NCBI GenBank assembly: GCA_020184695.1
Contig: JAANOX010000032.1
Span: 1 to 64,000 of the forward strand
Direction of reading: 5' to 3'
DNA: 64,000 nt
Source of the DNA: Histomonas meleagridis 2922-C6/04-290x
Lineage: Eukaryota > Protista > Parabasalia
The notes beneath the pieces are model-generated. The model searched no databases and had not been told where the DNA came from. It was given only the letters and a program-made list of their open reading frames with translations. How positions within the stretch are numbered: position 1 is the stretch's first letter; each line of letters opens with the position of its first letter. This document shows, piece by piece, positions 39,901-49,384 of the stretch. The position numbers and the translations under genes were made by a program.

Positions 39901-40935
39901 TTAATTGATCAAAAGACAAATGATAAAATAGAAGTGTTCAAATCAAATAAAAAGAAATACGAACCACCGAAGAAATACTTAAACCAATTCTTCGACGTAT
40001 TATATGTTCCGATACGTAACGATGACTTAAAAGGAGAACCTACAAACTCATCAAATGTTATCTGTTATGAACCGATACCCGAATTATATTCATTGGACAT
40101 ATTAGTGAAAGGCGGCGAAATTAAAGTCGGCAACAAACTAAGATGTGTCGTTGAATGTAGTGATGATTGTATCCCGAAATATCAATGGTATCGAAGTAAT
40201 AGTGATAATGATAATTGGACATTAATCGATGGCGCAAATAGTTCTGATTACATGCCAAAAGATTCGGATGAAAATTGCTTTTTGAGGTGTAAAGTAACGC
40301 CTTTGGATAACAAGGGTAAAAATGGAAAGAAAATGTGTATAAATACACCGGATGTAGTCAAGCCGAAACTACAAATCGTAAATAACGATGATAACTTCTT
40401 CTGTGGAAACGAAATTACAACAAATTTTAGAGAAGAAGTCGTTTGGATGAGGGAAATGCCGATGTCAGGAAAATGGAGGCCGATAGTGAGTGGCGACGTT
40501 TATTTACTGAACGCAAACGATTTGGGATGTCAAGTGAAGGCCGTTGTAGAGGATTTTGAATCGAAGCCGACTCCAGTAATTCAAATTCTGCCGGAATTGA
40601 AAGAGACGATAGAATTGAAGGCAAAGATGAAAGTTGTCACTTTTAAGGCTAAAAGTCACTCGGGAGAAACCGTTTGGAATGTGGACGTGACAGAAAATGG
40701 ATTCGTTTTGAATGCAAATGGAAGTATTCCGAAAAAATTCAAATGGAAAGAAGCTGTATGTAAGGCGGTGGAAGGAACTACAGATCAAATAGAATTGCAT
40801 TTTGGATCATCAACAGAATTTATCATGATTCCATTCATAGAAAAGGAAGCGAACTACGAGAAAATAGTGAGAGATAATTATAGAGATGTAATTGTTTGCA
40901 TTGTGAACAAATTTAAGGAAAGAATCAGCATGTAA
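36937..40935 (+). CDS. AIR9-like protein: N-terminal LRRs plus multiple A9 (Ig-like) repeats, putatively microtubule-associated
   Basis: The 1,335-codon ORF opens at TTG 36928, with the first ATG at 36937. It has LRRs (LDVENNKL, LNLTSNPL, LSMSNNQI) and repeated A9 signatures (YTGGKKGECLYKW, YKGGIERGSKYIWER, KYSGGIEGNSIIIWR, YQWYRS). This is the architecture of plant/trypanosome AIR9. Confidence 0.8.
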   Translation: MSDTPTRHYIKKTPISPRLIPKVTSPKPKVQNNSSYVSFKNQRLTSIDLQGKYQTVNCLDVENNKLTNESIKELPNTIISLNLTSNPLTSCFLPNLEKLHSLLLDNCNVTSFEGFPCFPNLRFLSMSNNQISNFNKFPVLQNLETINLSGNTFDFTSKITIAAVGSVYLRYFNEKQLTEEELENAFKLSPIVGVALRQGRDPSEQDDEISFSQKFLTEDLSDFLSSQGEPTDKLFLQEETEDDHTIIKLPYDDSTSIKWYRNQPPNKTNEEWGLVEEGTPTLIINQDIKHHIIKCDFELNGRLFSIYSDRPVSSEDKYLYLPFPIEPKISGEPFEGSFLSLLPTSIPTYVTWLCESEIICKNSKNVFITPENVGKTITCQIQPYLPSLPSQKFNIITIETNLVKSLTPFISNVSFPETITENETIEFDRLFIPKNSEGESVITIERTRNPSEQWQTISTIEPNNFIYTPRIDDVDFYLRVKYIPITKNGNEGKTTYFYSKSRVVPSLPKFSRPTIAGIPKSGTTLIAFAEYTGGKKGECLYKWLYSRKPITSKNIRNLPIIKQGSPYIELDDKMVGCYLAVEMTPVRIDDVNGKPVYSAIVDPIEKGNENHNEKEKINFTNSLNSGEVIEFNEPVTFYITDFNEYSGFSMIETSKSLEIKEEYVGKIIKIKKGDKEVILGEVNNVKNPQIKTFQISYDKSEVNSKASLIFDIDNISNYEVQILWIQSKNNKEKIVRIDTNLNNEYEFTSDDISSRIKARINIFDDKRHIITTSETEFTTPIKELSNPLPIIVGDLIEFSTIHIEYSKPIDKYQWLRSDVNNKWILISTSSTYTLTPQDVNKYIRVEVTLNNKTLTTTTTSIILPSMPIGQIELETNVIKEGDVIVPKLIYKGGIERGSKYIWEREGNIISNELTYRVQNSDVDKSLKFTYIPCRSDGIFGESISVITTEIIPSEPKIENVIIKQNKNELICDGKYSGGIEGNSIIIWRLIDQKTNDKIEVFKSNKKKYEPPKKYLNQFFDVLYVPIRNDDLKGEPTNSSNVICYEPIPELYSLDILVKGGEIKVGNKLRCVVECSDDCIPKYQWYRSNSDNDNWTLIDGANSSDYMPKDSDENCFLRCKVTPLDNKGKNGKKMCINTPDVVKPKLQIVNNDDNFFCGNEITTNFREEVVWMREMPMSGKWRPIVSGDVYLLNANDLGCQVKAVVEDFESKPTPVIQILPELKETIELKAKMKVVTFKAKSHSGETVWNVDVTENGFVLNANGSIPKKFKWKEAVCKAVEGTTDQIELHFGSSTEFIMIPFIEKEANYEKIVRDNYRDVIVCIVNKFKERISM

Positions 40936-41071
40936 AACTGTTTTTAATAAATATTCAACAATATTTGGTATAGCGTTTTTAATATAACAAGACGTCCTAT
41001 TACAGATCGCATTGTTTTAATTTCTTCCTAAAGAACATTGTTGTGTGTAAATCAGTGAAAAAAGACCGTTA

Positions 41072-42367
41072 ATGATCGTTGTCATGTACGTTAATACTTA
41101 CCAAATTGGAATGGAAATAAATTCAACTGAATCACAGGAAGAAAATCTTAAAGAAATCTTAGAAGTAAAAGAGGCAAAACTCAATTCTTTAAATGTTACA
41201 ATGGACAAATTACAAGATGATGTTGATAATTTAATATTAAAAATAAATGATATAAAATACCAAATCAATAAAATCGAAAAAGATAATGAAAGATATAATA
41301 ACATTAAAAAGAGAAGTCCTATTCCATCACCAGATAAGAAAATTATTGTTTTTGATGAATCTCAAATATCAGAGGAACACCGGAATTTGCTTAAAGATAA
41401 AAGAGATTCTATTAACAAAATAAGTGGTCAAATTAGTGATTTACAATCCATATGCAGACCTTTTGAAGAAGAAAATGATTTCATTAAAGAAGAACATTCA
41501 AAATGTTTAAATCAAAGATCAAAAATTCAAAAAGAGAATAGAATGCTCCAATTAGAAAAAACTGAATTACTGAGAAACAAACAAATTTTAGAAGAACAAA
41601 TCAAAGAAATTAATATTGATATTTCTGCATATAAGAGATCATTAGCTGATGGAGAACTTGTAATTGGTGAGTTAAATAAGCGTAAGGAAGCTGTGTGTGG
41701 CAATGCTAGTATAACTCAAGAACTTGAACAATTAGTTAAATCAACAAAAACTCAACTTTCAATTCAAGAAAGTAAAAATTTAGATATTATACAACAAATA
41801 AACGAAATGGAAGCAGAGATAAAAGAAAAAGAAGAGGAAAGTTCATTGGAAGTAAAAAAAATGAAATCACACATAAATTGGGAATCAGAGAAAAACCAAA
41901 TGCAAAACGAACTACTCGATATAAAATCACAAGATGCAGATATAGTTAAGCAACTTAACAAAGAATTAAAATATGTAAATGATGCAGAAAACCTTTACAA
42001 AGCGGTCATGCCAATAATCAAAAAGTGGCTGCCGGTTTTTAGGGGCACTCCAATTGTTCATGTTGAAAGAAACATTTATGATATGCTAAAAGAAATAAAT
42101 AATAAAACTCAGAACAATGAAAATATACAAAATAAAAAAGAAGATGATCTCAAAAAATTGATTTCAACTAATACTGAATTAGAAATGATAATAACAAGCA
42201 AAAAAGAAAGCATCGAAAAAAAGCTAATGAGGTTCAAAGTGGAACAAAACAAGATCAAAAAAATGATTGATGAAAAACATGAACAAACATTTGAAGAAGA
42301 ACAGAAAATCGTTTCAAAAATCAATCAACTTAGAATTAAAAAAGCAGAATTATCAACAAGGCAATGA
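41072..42367 (+). CDS. Coiled-coil protein, function unknown (alternative start ATG 41111)
   Basis: 431-codon E/K/Q/N-rich heptad-like ORF; no family motif recognised. Confidence 0.8.
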   Translation: MIVVMYVNTYQIGMEINSTESQEENLKEILEVKEAKLNSLNVTMDKLQDDVDNLILKINDIKYQINKIEKDNERYNNIKKRSPIPSPDKKIIVFDESQISEEHRNLLKDKRDSINKISGQISDLQSICRPFEEENDFIKEEHSKCLNQRSKIQKENRMLQLEKTELLRNKQILEEQIKEINIDISAYKRSLADGELVIGELNKRKEAVCGNASITQELEQLVKSTKTQLSIQESKNLDIIQQINEMEAEIKEKEEESSLEVKKMKSHINWESEKNQMQNELLDIKSQDADIVKQLNKELKYVNDAENLYKAVMPIIKKWLPVFRGTPIVHVERNIYDMLKEINNKTQNNENIQNKKEDDLKKLISTNTELEMIITSKKESIEKKLMRFKVEQNKIKKMIDEKHEQTFEEEQKIVSKINQLRIKKAELSTRQ

Positions 42368-42455
42368 TAATACTTTCATATGTATGAGTAAATGTGTTAA
42401 GTAGTTCTAAATCATTTTTTTTGGGAGACTTCATCCGAAATGTGATATGAAATAG

Positions 42456-42460
42456 TCATT
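42456..42460 (+). promoter_or_regulatory. Initiator (Inr)-like element TCATT
   Basis: Matches the trichomonad TCA(Y)(T/A) core promoter motif, 13 nt before ATG 42474. Confidence 0.5.
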
Positions 42461-42473
42461 GGTGGTTGAAGAA

Positions 42474-43727
42474 ATGATTGGTAGAAAAATCATTGCATTA
42501 TTTCGAGATACCATCAGTCCTGTAACACTTGAACCAGGTGATTATTTGTTAATATCTATTTTTGCAGTTATTTCAATAATTTCAAGATTCTCTTATTTCT
42601 CATATCCAGAACAACAAAAAAAAATCCGTCCAATGAGTTTTTCCGAGTGTTATTATGAAGAGTATCACAAAAATCATCAGCCTCCTCTTACAACATTTTT
42701 AAATTCTATTTTTATTTACATGTCTAATAAACAGTCTGATAGTGGTCTTGAACATAACTCAACAATAACTCTTAGATTATGTTTTGTTTTAATTTCTACA
42801 TTTACATCTCCTTTAGTTTATACTGCAATGCGTTTTTCTTTCTTTTCTAAAATAGCTGCGTTTATATCAGCTTCGTTTATTATTCTTGAAACATCATTAC
42901 TTTATCAAGACAGAACTTCTTTATCCCAAGGATTTTCACATTTTATTTTATCTCTATTTCTTTGTATAATCATGTATTCCTTTACCAAACAAAGGTACTC
43001 GCAAGTATGGTACTTTTTAACTCGAGTTCTTGGTGTTATTTTTGGATTAGCAATTTCAATCCGGAGATCATTTTTTTCACTTTTTTCTATTTACGCGTTC
43101 AATGAATTCATTTTTGTTTTAATGGAAAATGGCGCAAAGTTCAATTGGATGTTTCTCCGAAAGCTTTTTCGTAATTTTTTAACTTTTTTGATTCCAACGT
43201 TTATTATTTCAGCGTTTATTTGGTCAATTCACTATCCAATCATTTACAAAAAGAATTATTATCTTAGAAAAAATCATCAAGGGAGATCATCTAATCCTAA
43301 GCATTGGCCTTTAATGACAGGCTTTCTTAGATTACCCATTGATCGATTTGGAAGATTTTTATATATTGGAAATATATTAATTCATTATCTTTCATTTATT
43401 GGTGTTATTATAACATTGTTATTTACATTCAAGCGACGTTATTTCAAAGGTATGAAACTTGTTATTTGTTATGTTTTAAATTATGTTCCATATTTTTATG
43501 TTCGTTATGTTGTATCATCAAGTGATTACGACACAGCGCTGATCGTTGCGATAATGTGTTTTGGCGTTGCATTGGACTATGTTGGGTGGGGGACATTACG
43601 CGGATTCCTAATGGTCATTGCGTTGACAATTGCTGTGATCGGATTCTTGATATGGGCGCCAATAGTATACAACGTGCCGCTGACTGAAGCAGAGTACCGC
43701 AGAAAGGTATGGTCGCTCTCGTGGTAG
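42474..43727 (+). CDS. Divergent dolichyl-phosphate-mannose protein O-mannosyltransferase (PMT)-like multipass membrane protein
   Basis: Many TM segments, HQPPL (cf. PMT HPPL), SNPKHWPLM (cf. SxPWxWP), IGNILIHY (cf. LGNP) and LNYVPYF (cf. LHYLPFF). No MIR domain is apparent. Confidence 0.65.
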   Translation: MIGRKIIALFRDTISPVTLEPGDYLLISIFAVISIISRFSYFSYPEQQKKIRPMSFSECYYEEYHKNHQPPLTTFLNSIFIYMSNKQSDSGLEHNSTITLRLCFVLISTFTSPLVYTAMRFSFFSKIAAFISASFIILETSLLYQDRTSLSQGFSHFILSLFLCIIMYSFTKQRYSQVWYFLTRVLGVIFGLAISIRRSFFSLFSIYAFNEFIFVLMENGAKFNWMFLRKLFRNFLTFLIPTFIISAFIWSIHYPIIYKKNYYLRKNHQGRSSNPKHWPLMTGFLRLPIDRFGRFLYIGNILIHYLSFIGVIITLLFTFKRRYFKGMKLVICYVLNYVPYFYVRYVVSSSDYDTALIVAIMCFGVALDYVGWGTLRGFLMVIALTIAVIGFLIWAPIVYNVPLTEAEYRRKVWSLSW

Positions 43728-44204
43728 CACGTAAGTGTGGACTTGTAAATGTTTTGTTTTGTTTAATTTTTCGTTTAAGTTATATCAAAAATATGTTATA
43801 TAGCGCCGTGAAATTTTGTCTTTAATGATAAGAAAACATGTGAACAGTTTCACAAATATACCAAGTTGATGAATTAATGTGAAACAATATCATAATGATA
43901 ACAATATTTCACTCACAATGCTTTTATTTATTTGTTTAAGGGATTTTCCAATTTTTGGTTTGCAAAACTTAAAATCTTTTGTATCTTTAGCAAATAAAAA
44001 TATTCTGGTTCAAGGATCTTAAACACTTTTGTCCAATAAAGTATTTCACTAAGTCTTTACAATGATATCATTGAAATTATTTAATCCTTCTTTTAAATAC
44101 ATATGTAACACTTTTCTGCAAAAACGATAGAGCAATTTCAAAACATTAATGGTCGCGACCGTTAAAATATTTACATAAATTTATTTCACTAAAAAAGTCA
44201 CTCT

Positions 44205-45242
44205 TTACTGACCAGTTTCCATCGCCACAATGTTACGTATCACGACTATGTCCTTTGCCAAGTCCCTTCTTTCATTTGCCGTTATTGGATCGGATGTTTT
44301 CTTTTGCATGAACAGTTGAATCCACTTCGTCAGTATCTTGATTGCGTTGTCGTTGCCCTGTTCGCCCAGTTTCCTGAACTTTGTTCTTATTTCGAGCGCC
44401 GCCTGTTGACATTGGCCGTACATCGAACCTTCACTTTCGCACAAATCGGACAACGTGGTTAATCCTTGGCCAATATCGAAGTATAGGACGGCCTTATTTG
44501 CGGCTTGGGTTTGTTTGTTTTGTTCTGTGTTTCCGAATATTGATGCAAATGTAAATGAGCAGATCAAATCTGTGGCTAACGCAAATTCTTTGACATCGTT
44601 TTGGTTACCAAAGCCAATAACTTTAAGAACGCGATTGTATTGTTCAAATAAACCAGCAAATAATTCATTGCGTTGTTCTTGGGAAATGATACCATTGCAA
44701 GTTTCTTCTTCAAGAGCTTCCATCGCAGATAATATTGAGTAGAAATTGGCATAGGCTTCCATTTTATCTGGATCAAATGGAAAACGATGTGGAAGCTTGG
44801 GTGGTGGTATATAAACACCAACGGGTTTGTTGGCAGGCGCAATGTATTGGACTTGTGGTTGAGGTGTAGGCATTGATTGTGCTAAAGGTCGGCCCATATT
44901 AGATGAAACAGCACCTGGATATGGATGGAGTTGGGGATTGGATGGTGGTGATGGAATTTGAACTTGTGGTGGTGATAAAACAGTAGGACGTGGAGCTGCA
45001 CCAGACATTCCAGTTGTATAACCTTGTTGTTGTGGGTAAGCACCCATCATAGGAGCTCCCATAGGATTCATATAATTATTTGGTTGTGCATATGCATTGT
45101 TTTGCATCATAGCTGGTTGTTGATAATTATTCATCATTGCTCCAGGTTGAGAATACGCTTGTGTGTATTGTGTCGGATACCCAGCAGGTTGTCCATATGC
45201 TGGATACGCGCCTCCATATCCTTGATTGTATCCGTAGTTCAT
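44205..45242 (-). CDS. VPS28: ESCRT-I subunit Vps28 with a long Pro/Gln/Tyr/Gly-rich N-terminal extension
   Basis: KMEAYANFYSILSAMEALEE...LFEQY matches the Vps28 N-domain. The four-helix C-domain (TTLSDL...KILTKWIQ...SDPITANERRDLAKDI) aligns with the Vps28 consensus from memory. Confidence 0.75.
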   Translation of the reverse strand: MNYGYNQGYGGAYPAYGQPAGYPTQYTQAYSQPGAMMNNYQQPAMMQNNAYAQPNNYMNPMGAPMMGAYPQQQGYTTGMSGAAPRPTVLSPPQVQIPSPPSNPQLHPYPGAVSSNMGRPLAQSMPTPQPQVQYIAPANKPVGVYIPPPKLPHRFPFDPDKMEAYANFYSILSAMEALEEETCNGIISQEQRNELFAGLFEQYNRVLKVIGFGNQNDVKEFALATDLICSFTFASIFGNTEQNKQTQAANKAVLYFDIGQGLTTLSDLCESEGSMYGQCQQAALEIRTKFRKLGEQGNDNAIKILTKWIQLFMQKKTSDPITANERRDLAKDIVVIRNIVAMETGQ

Positions 45243-45329
45243 TGAGAAGAATTTTGACGGTTTAGGGTAAAATTACCCCTTTAAATCAAAATAAAAAATT
45301 TAAAATAAAATATAAAAAAATGCTTGTTT

Positions 45330-45929
45330 TTATACAGAGGAAAATGAGCTATCTTGTCGATTCATTTTGAGTAAAAACAGAGCAATAATGTAGGTTACTA
45401 GGCATATTAATTGTAGGATAAGGAAAGCAAGGAAATGCTTATATGGAATTATCAAATCATTGAATTCTTTAACTGTATGATTTTTACCTATACGATCAAT
45501 CACTTTTTTATGAAAATTAAGAAAGTCTTCTGCTATTTTTTTGTTCCTCAATGCTTTTAAAGAATACCCGTTTAATAATTCAGAAAAATTATTTTGCTTT
45601 TCACCAGATTCATTCAAGTCACAAGAATTTGCAAAAACAACGCAAGTTGCGACATAGGCAAAAATCCATGTAAATATAGAAAAGCCGATCAAAATGTTAC
45701 TTGGGTTTTTGTGTTTTATAACAACAGTGATAACTAAAAATATTGTAATACTACTCCATGCAATCACAATAAATGTGGATACAGCTAAAATTGCGCATTC
45801 CGCTCCGACGTTAACAAACAATGGGTAAACGATATAAACATACATCGAACTATCAATGATATGCGCAATTAATGTACCGATCCAGATAACACTAAAAACT
45901 ATTAGTAGTATGTTGCTTGCTTTTACCAT
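45330..45929 (-). CDS. Four-TM membrane protein (tetraspanin-like topology), function unknown
   Basis: 199 aa with three N-terminal hydrophobic segments, a ~55-aa polar loop and one C-terminal TM. No CCG motif. Confidence 0.7.
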   Translation of the reverse strand: MVKASNILLIVFSVIWIGTLIAHIIDSSMYVYIVYPLFVNVGAECAILAVSTFIVIAWSSITIFLVITVVIKHKNPSNILIGFSIFTWIFAYVATCVVFANSCDLNESGEKQNNFSELLNGYSLKALRNKKIAEDFLNFHKKVIDRIGKNHTVKEFNDLIIPYKHFLAFLILQLICLVTYIIALFLLKMNRQDSSFSSV

Positions 45930-46597
45930 ATCCTTGAATAAAATGAGAAGCGTACCGTTTTAATGAACAGTAGAATTTGAATGTAAAACACTAAAAAGAA
46001 CAATAAAAAACGAAATTTGAAATTATTTTTAACAATATTTTGTTAACTATTGTAAACTTTAAATAAAGATTTAAAATGAAAAAATTCTTAAAGGAGTTGA
46101 GTAAAATACATTTTAAATAATTTGATTGTACTGGTGTCCGAAAAAAATAAAACACTTTTTTTTTCTGTGATATTATTTAATTTATTAACCTGAAATGAAA
46201 GGCAAAAATATAAAAATTTAATGAATAATTATTTTAGGTTTGTGACATCAACTTAAATTACAAAATAAATTTTTATTAGTTTATTTTGTTATCATTATTT
46301 TCATGAAAGGAATCTCAAAAAATTAATTCGTAGTAAAATTAAACAATTTATTCTTTTTCTCTTTTATATTTTCTTTATTTTGTCATTCACAGTGCATGTT
46401 GTTTTCTCAATTTGATTTTGTCATAAATGATTATATTTATTATCTAGTGATAGATATCACATTAATGTGATTCATTCAAAATGTGAGTTGCCCTTACAAA
46501 TTATCTGCTCGAAGCTTATAGCTCACAACTTACAAGTAACAAAGCGTCTTTTACTCAAATTATACCGAAAATATTGGAAAATTAACAAATTATTTAT

Positions 46598-47419
46598 TTA
46601 TATCATCTGGTTAAAAAGCTCAAGAAACTTAGGTTCAATTCTTTCTATATTGAAAATTATAGCATCTGCAGTGATTGCTTCATCTGTAGCAGAAACAAAT
46701 ATTCCATAAGAACCCGATAGTATTTTGAATACAACAACCACCGAATTGCATTCAAAAATAAACGTTCCCAGCTGATCGTTCTTGAGATGGAAATCAAAAA
46801 TCGGCTTCAACTCAAGCGGCATTTCTGAGTTACTGTCACAAATTGGAAGGAAAGTGGAACCATCAACAATAACTACTCGGCTTGAGTTTAAGGATGATGA
46901 AAGAAGATTTACATATTTCTTGATTTCATCATAATTTGGTATTAAATGAGCTATAATCGAGGTAAACGCTTGTGAAAGAGAGCCATCAAAAAGGGAAGTA
47001 AGGTAACAATGGTCTTCCGGAATAGAAATTGAAGATAAAGTTTTCTTCATTTCATTGAGAATTACTTCTTGCTGATCTTTTTCTATTCGATCTGACTGAT
47101 GAATAAGAACAAATATTTCTAGTTCTAGACCACAATTTTGAAGAATTGAACAAAGTTGTTCAAGATTTTTATCTTGAGCATCTTTGGTACAATAAATTAT
47201 TGCATTTGCATTTGAAATTACTTGAGGTATAGAGTCTTGTTGTGTGAGTGTGGAAAAAGTTGGGGATGGAAAGTCGAGAGTCACGATTGAAAATAAAGTA
47301 GATGCATTAGACATGGTATGATTTAATCCTGTTTTTGATGAGCTAGCTTGTGGCATTATTCGAGAAACGATGGTGGACTTACCTGAGTCTTTAGGGCCGA
47401 CTAAAACAAAGTTTAGCAT
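46598..47419 (-). CDS. Divergent Rag/Gtr-family GTPase
   Basis: P-loop GPKDSGKST, VLIHQSD (cf. FIHKxD), YLTSLFDGSLSQAFTSIIAHLIP (cf. [23 protein letters not shown]) and a C-terminal roadblock-like region. The likely ATG is 47419, preceded by TCATT. Confidence 0.75.
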   Translation of the reverse strand: MLNFVLVGPKDSGKSTIVSRIMPQASSSKTGLNHTMSNASTLFSIVTLDFPSPTFSTLTQQDSIPQVISNANAIIYCTKDAQDKNLEQLCSILQNCGLELEIFVLIHQSDRIEKDQQEVILNEMKKTLSSISIPEDHCYLTSLFDGSLSQAFTSIIAHLIPNYDEIKKYVNLLSSSLNSSRVVIVDGSTFLPICDSNSEMPLELKPIFDFHLKNDQLGTFIFECNSVVVVFKILSGSYGIFVSATDEAITADAIIFNIERIEPKFLELFNQMI

Positions 47420-47424
47420 TTTCA

Positions 47425-47429
47425 AATGA
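47425..47429 (-). promoter_or_regulatory. Inr-like TCATT upstream of the Rag-like gene
   Basis: The minus strand reads TCATTTGAAAATG. Confidence 0.5.
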
Positions 47430-47963
47430 CATGTTATGTGAAAACTGGCCGTTGTCACTTTTCGCTATTTCAATTTGAAAATGGATCCATTCTGTAATGC
47501 TTTTTAGGTTCAAAATCGAAAATTCATTAAATTATAGCATGAAGGAAATATTATGTTATAAAATATTGTAACATTACTTCCAAAAATTATTATTTCTGAA
47601 TTACAACAATGACGATATTTGCGATTTATTCTGTAAAATATAACACATAAAACAGTGGACAATACTTCTAATATAGGTTATTTCCAAATGAAAATGAAAA
47701 TCTTTTAATACAAATCAGTTGTCAATTTTGATAAGTTCACATACATTTTGATCATTTTTCAATCTATCGTAATGCCGAATTATTTTCACCAGTTTATTTT
47801 ATATGCAAACAAAGTTGGTCAATTTATGCTATCGGAGTTAAACAAAAAACCTTATTCAATTTTCTGATGAGAAAACATGTTTTCATCAGAAATTTTGAAA
47901 TGATTTAACTAGTTTATTTTAACAGGTGATAAAATGTGATATGAAAAAGGATACGTTTATTAT

Positions 47964-47968
47964 TCATT
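47964..47968 (+). promoter_or_regulatory. Inr-like TCATT upstream of the EF-hand gene
   Basis: TCATTTTAATG, with ATG at 47972. Confidence 0.45.
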
Positions 47969-47971
47969 TTA

Positions 47972-49384
47972 ATGAGCGAAAGAACACGCTTAACCAAGAT
48001 CCTTCTTGATATTATCGACAGAGTAAAACACCATGGGATGTCAACTAAAGTTTGCTGGTCAAACTTCTCAGACTGTAAGCCTGTAACATTTCAAGATTTC
48101 GAAAATAAGATTCGTCGTTATGGTTTTCCTCTCCGTGATGGAGACCTCGAAATTATATGGGGTAACATTGGAATCAGAGGAAGTGCAATGACATATTCTG
48201 ATTTTGTTCGATTTATTACAATGGAAACAATTGATCCAAGCATATCAAGTGCACCAGCACCAAAGCCTAGCAGTTCCGGATTTTCAAAAAACATGGATGA
48301 TTTTGATGATTTCCATGGAAATTCAGGTGAATTTAGAGAACCTGCATTCGAAAGACCAAAGCCTAACTACACAATGGACGAGCCAAAAAGCAACTTAATT
48401 GTTGATATATTATATCAATACAAGAAACAAATTCTTAATGCAATTCTTGATTTGGATCCAAATTATAGTGGCATGATATCAACCAACGAATTTGATTCAA
48501 TCATCCAAAGAGTTGCGGTTGTTAGTCCGGAAGAGCTTGATTCTATCCTTATTTCATATGATCCTACCAATTCTGGAATCTTTAACTACTTCACATTATT
48601 TTCTGATCTCATTGACCAAAAAGGGCCTTTTGAGCCGCCTGGTATTTCTCCTCCACCGCGTTTTAGTCGAATTGAAGAACCCCCATCACGTGGCGGTTAT
48701 GACAGGGCACCCCGCAATGAATTCCAAGAAGCTAAAACACCCAGAAACAACTATGGCTACGATGGTATGAATAGTCCACCACGTAATAACTTCAACAGTG
48801 GTTCGCCACGCGGTAGCTTTGATGATCCTGTTTCAAGAAATAGTGGGTATTCTAGTCCAGTTAAATCTAATCGATATGGTCGTGATATCGATGAGATTGT
48901 TAAACAGATTGCAGCTAAGTTTGAAAACGTTTACGATTCAAGTGCAGCTTGTTATCATAAATGGAGAGGATACTCAAAGACAATTGGTCCAACAGAACTT
49001 ATCAATGGAGCACGGAAAGACTTAAAAATCGAAATTACGCCACAAGAAGCTGATGAAATCATTCAAAGATTCGGAGGTGTACTAAATCTCGGCAATTTTA
49101 CAAGAATGATCGGAACTGGTTCTGACGCAGTAGCTTCAGAACGAAAGATGAAGAAGAGCTTTGAACTCACTGAAGAAGATAAAACACTTCTTCATGTTGC
49201 AAGACAAGCCAAAGGAAAAGATTGGGAAGGAATCTTTGATTCTTGCCAAAGCGTTGAAGAACTTGTACAAGGACTCAGAGTTTCGGGTATCTACGTGTTG
49301 TTGAATGACATAAGACCATGTTACCAAAAATATGGAAAGAATGGAATGATCAGAAAAATCCAAGAATTTATAGATTCACTATAA
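47972..49384 (+). CDS. EF-hand domain protein with a central Pro/Ser/Gly-rich linker
   Basis: EF-hand-like loops DLDPNYSGMISTNEF and YDPTNSGIFNYFTLF, plus further degenerate EF-like pairs at the N- and C-termini. Confidence 0.75.
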   Translation: MSERTRLTKILLDIIDRVKHHGMSTKVCWSNFSDCKPVTFQDFENKIRRYGFPLRDGDLEIIWGNIGIRGSAMTYSDFVRFITMETIDPSISSAPAPKPSSSGFSKNMDDFDDFHGNSGEFREPAFERPKPNYTMDEPKSNLIVDILYQYKKQILNAILDLDPNYSGMISTNEFDSIIQRVAVVSPEELDSILISYDPTNSGIFNYFTLFSDLIDQKGPFEPPGISPPPRFSRIEEPPSRGGYDRAPRNEFQEAKTPRNNYGYDGMNSPPRNNFNSGSPRGSFDDPVSRNSGYSSPVKSNRYGRDIDEIVKQIAAKFENVYDSSAACYHKWRGYSKTIGPTELINGARKDLKIEITPQEADEIIQRFGGVLNLGNFTRMIGTGSDAVASERKMKKSFELTEEDKTLLHVARQAKGKDWEGIFDSCQSVEELVQGLRVSGIYVLLNDIRPCYQKYGKNGMIRKIQEFIDSL

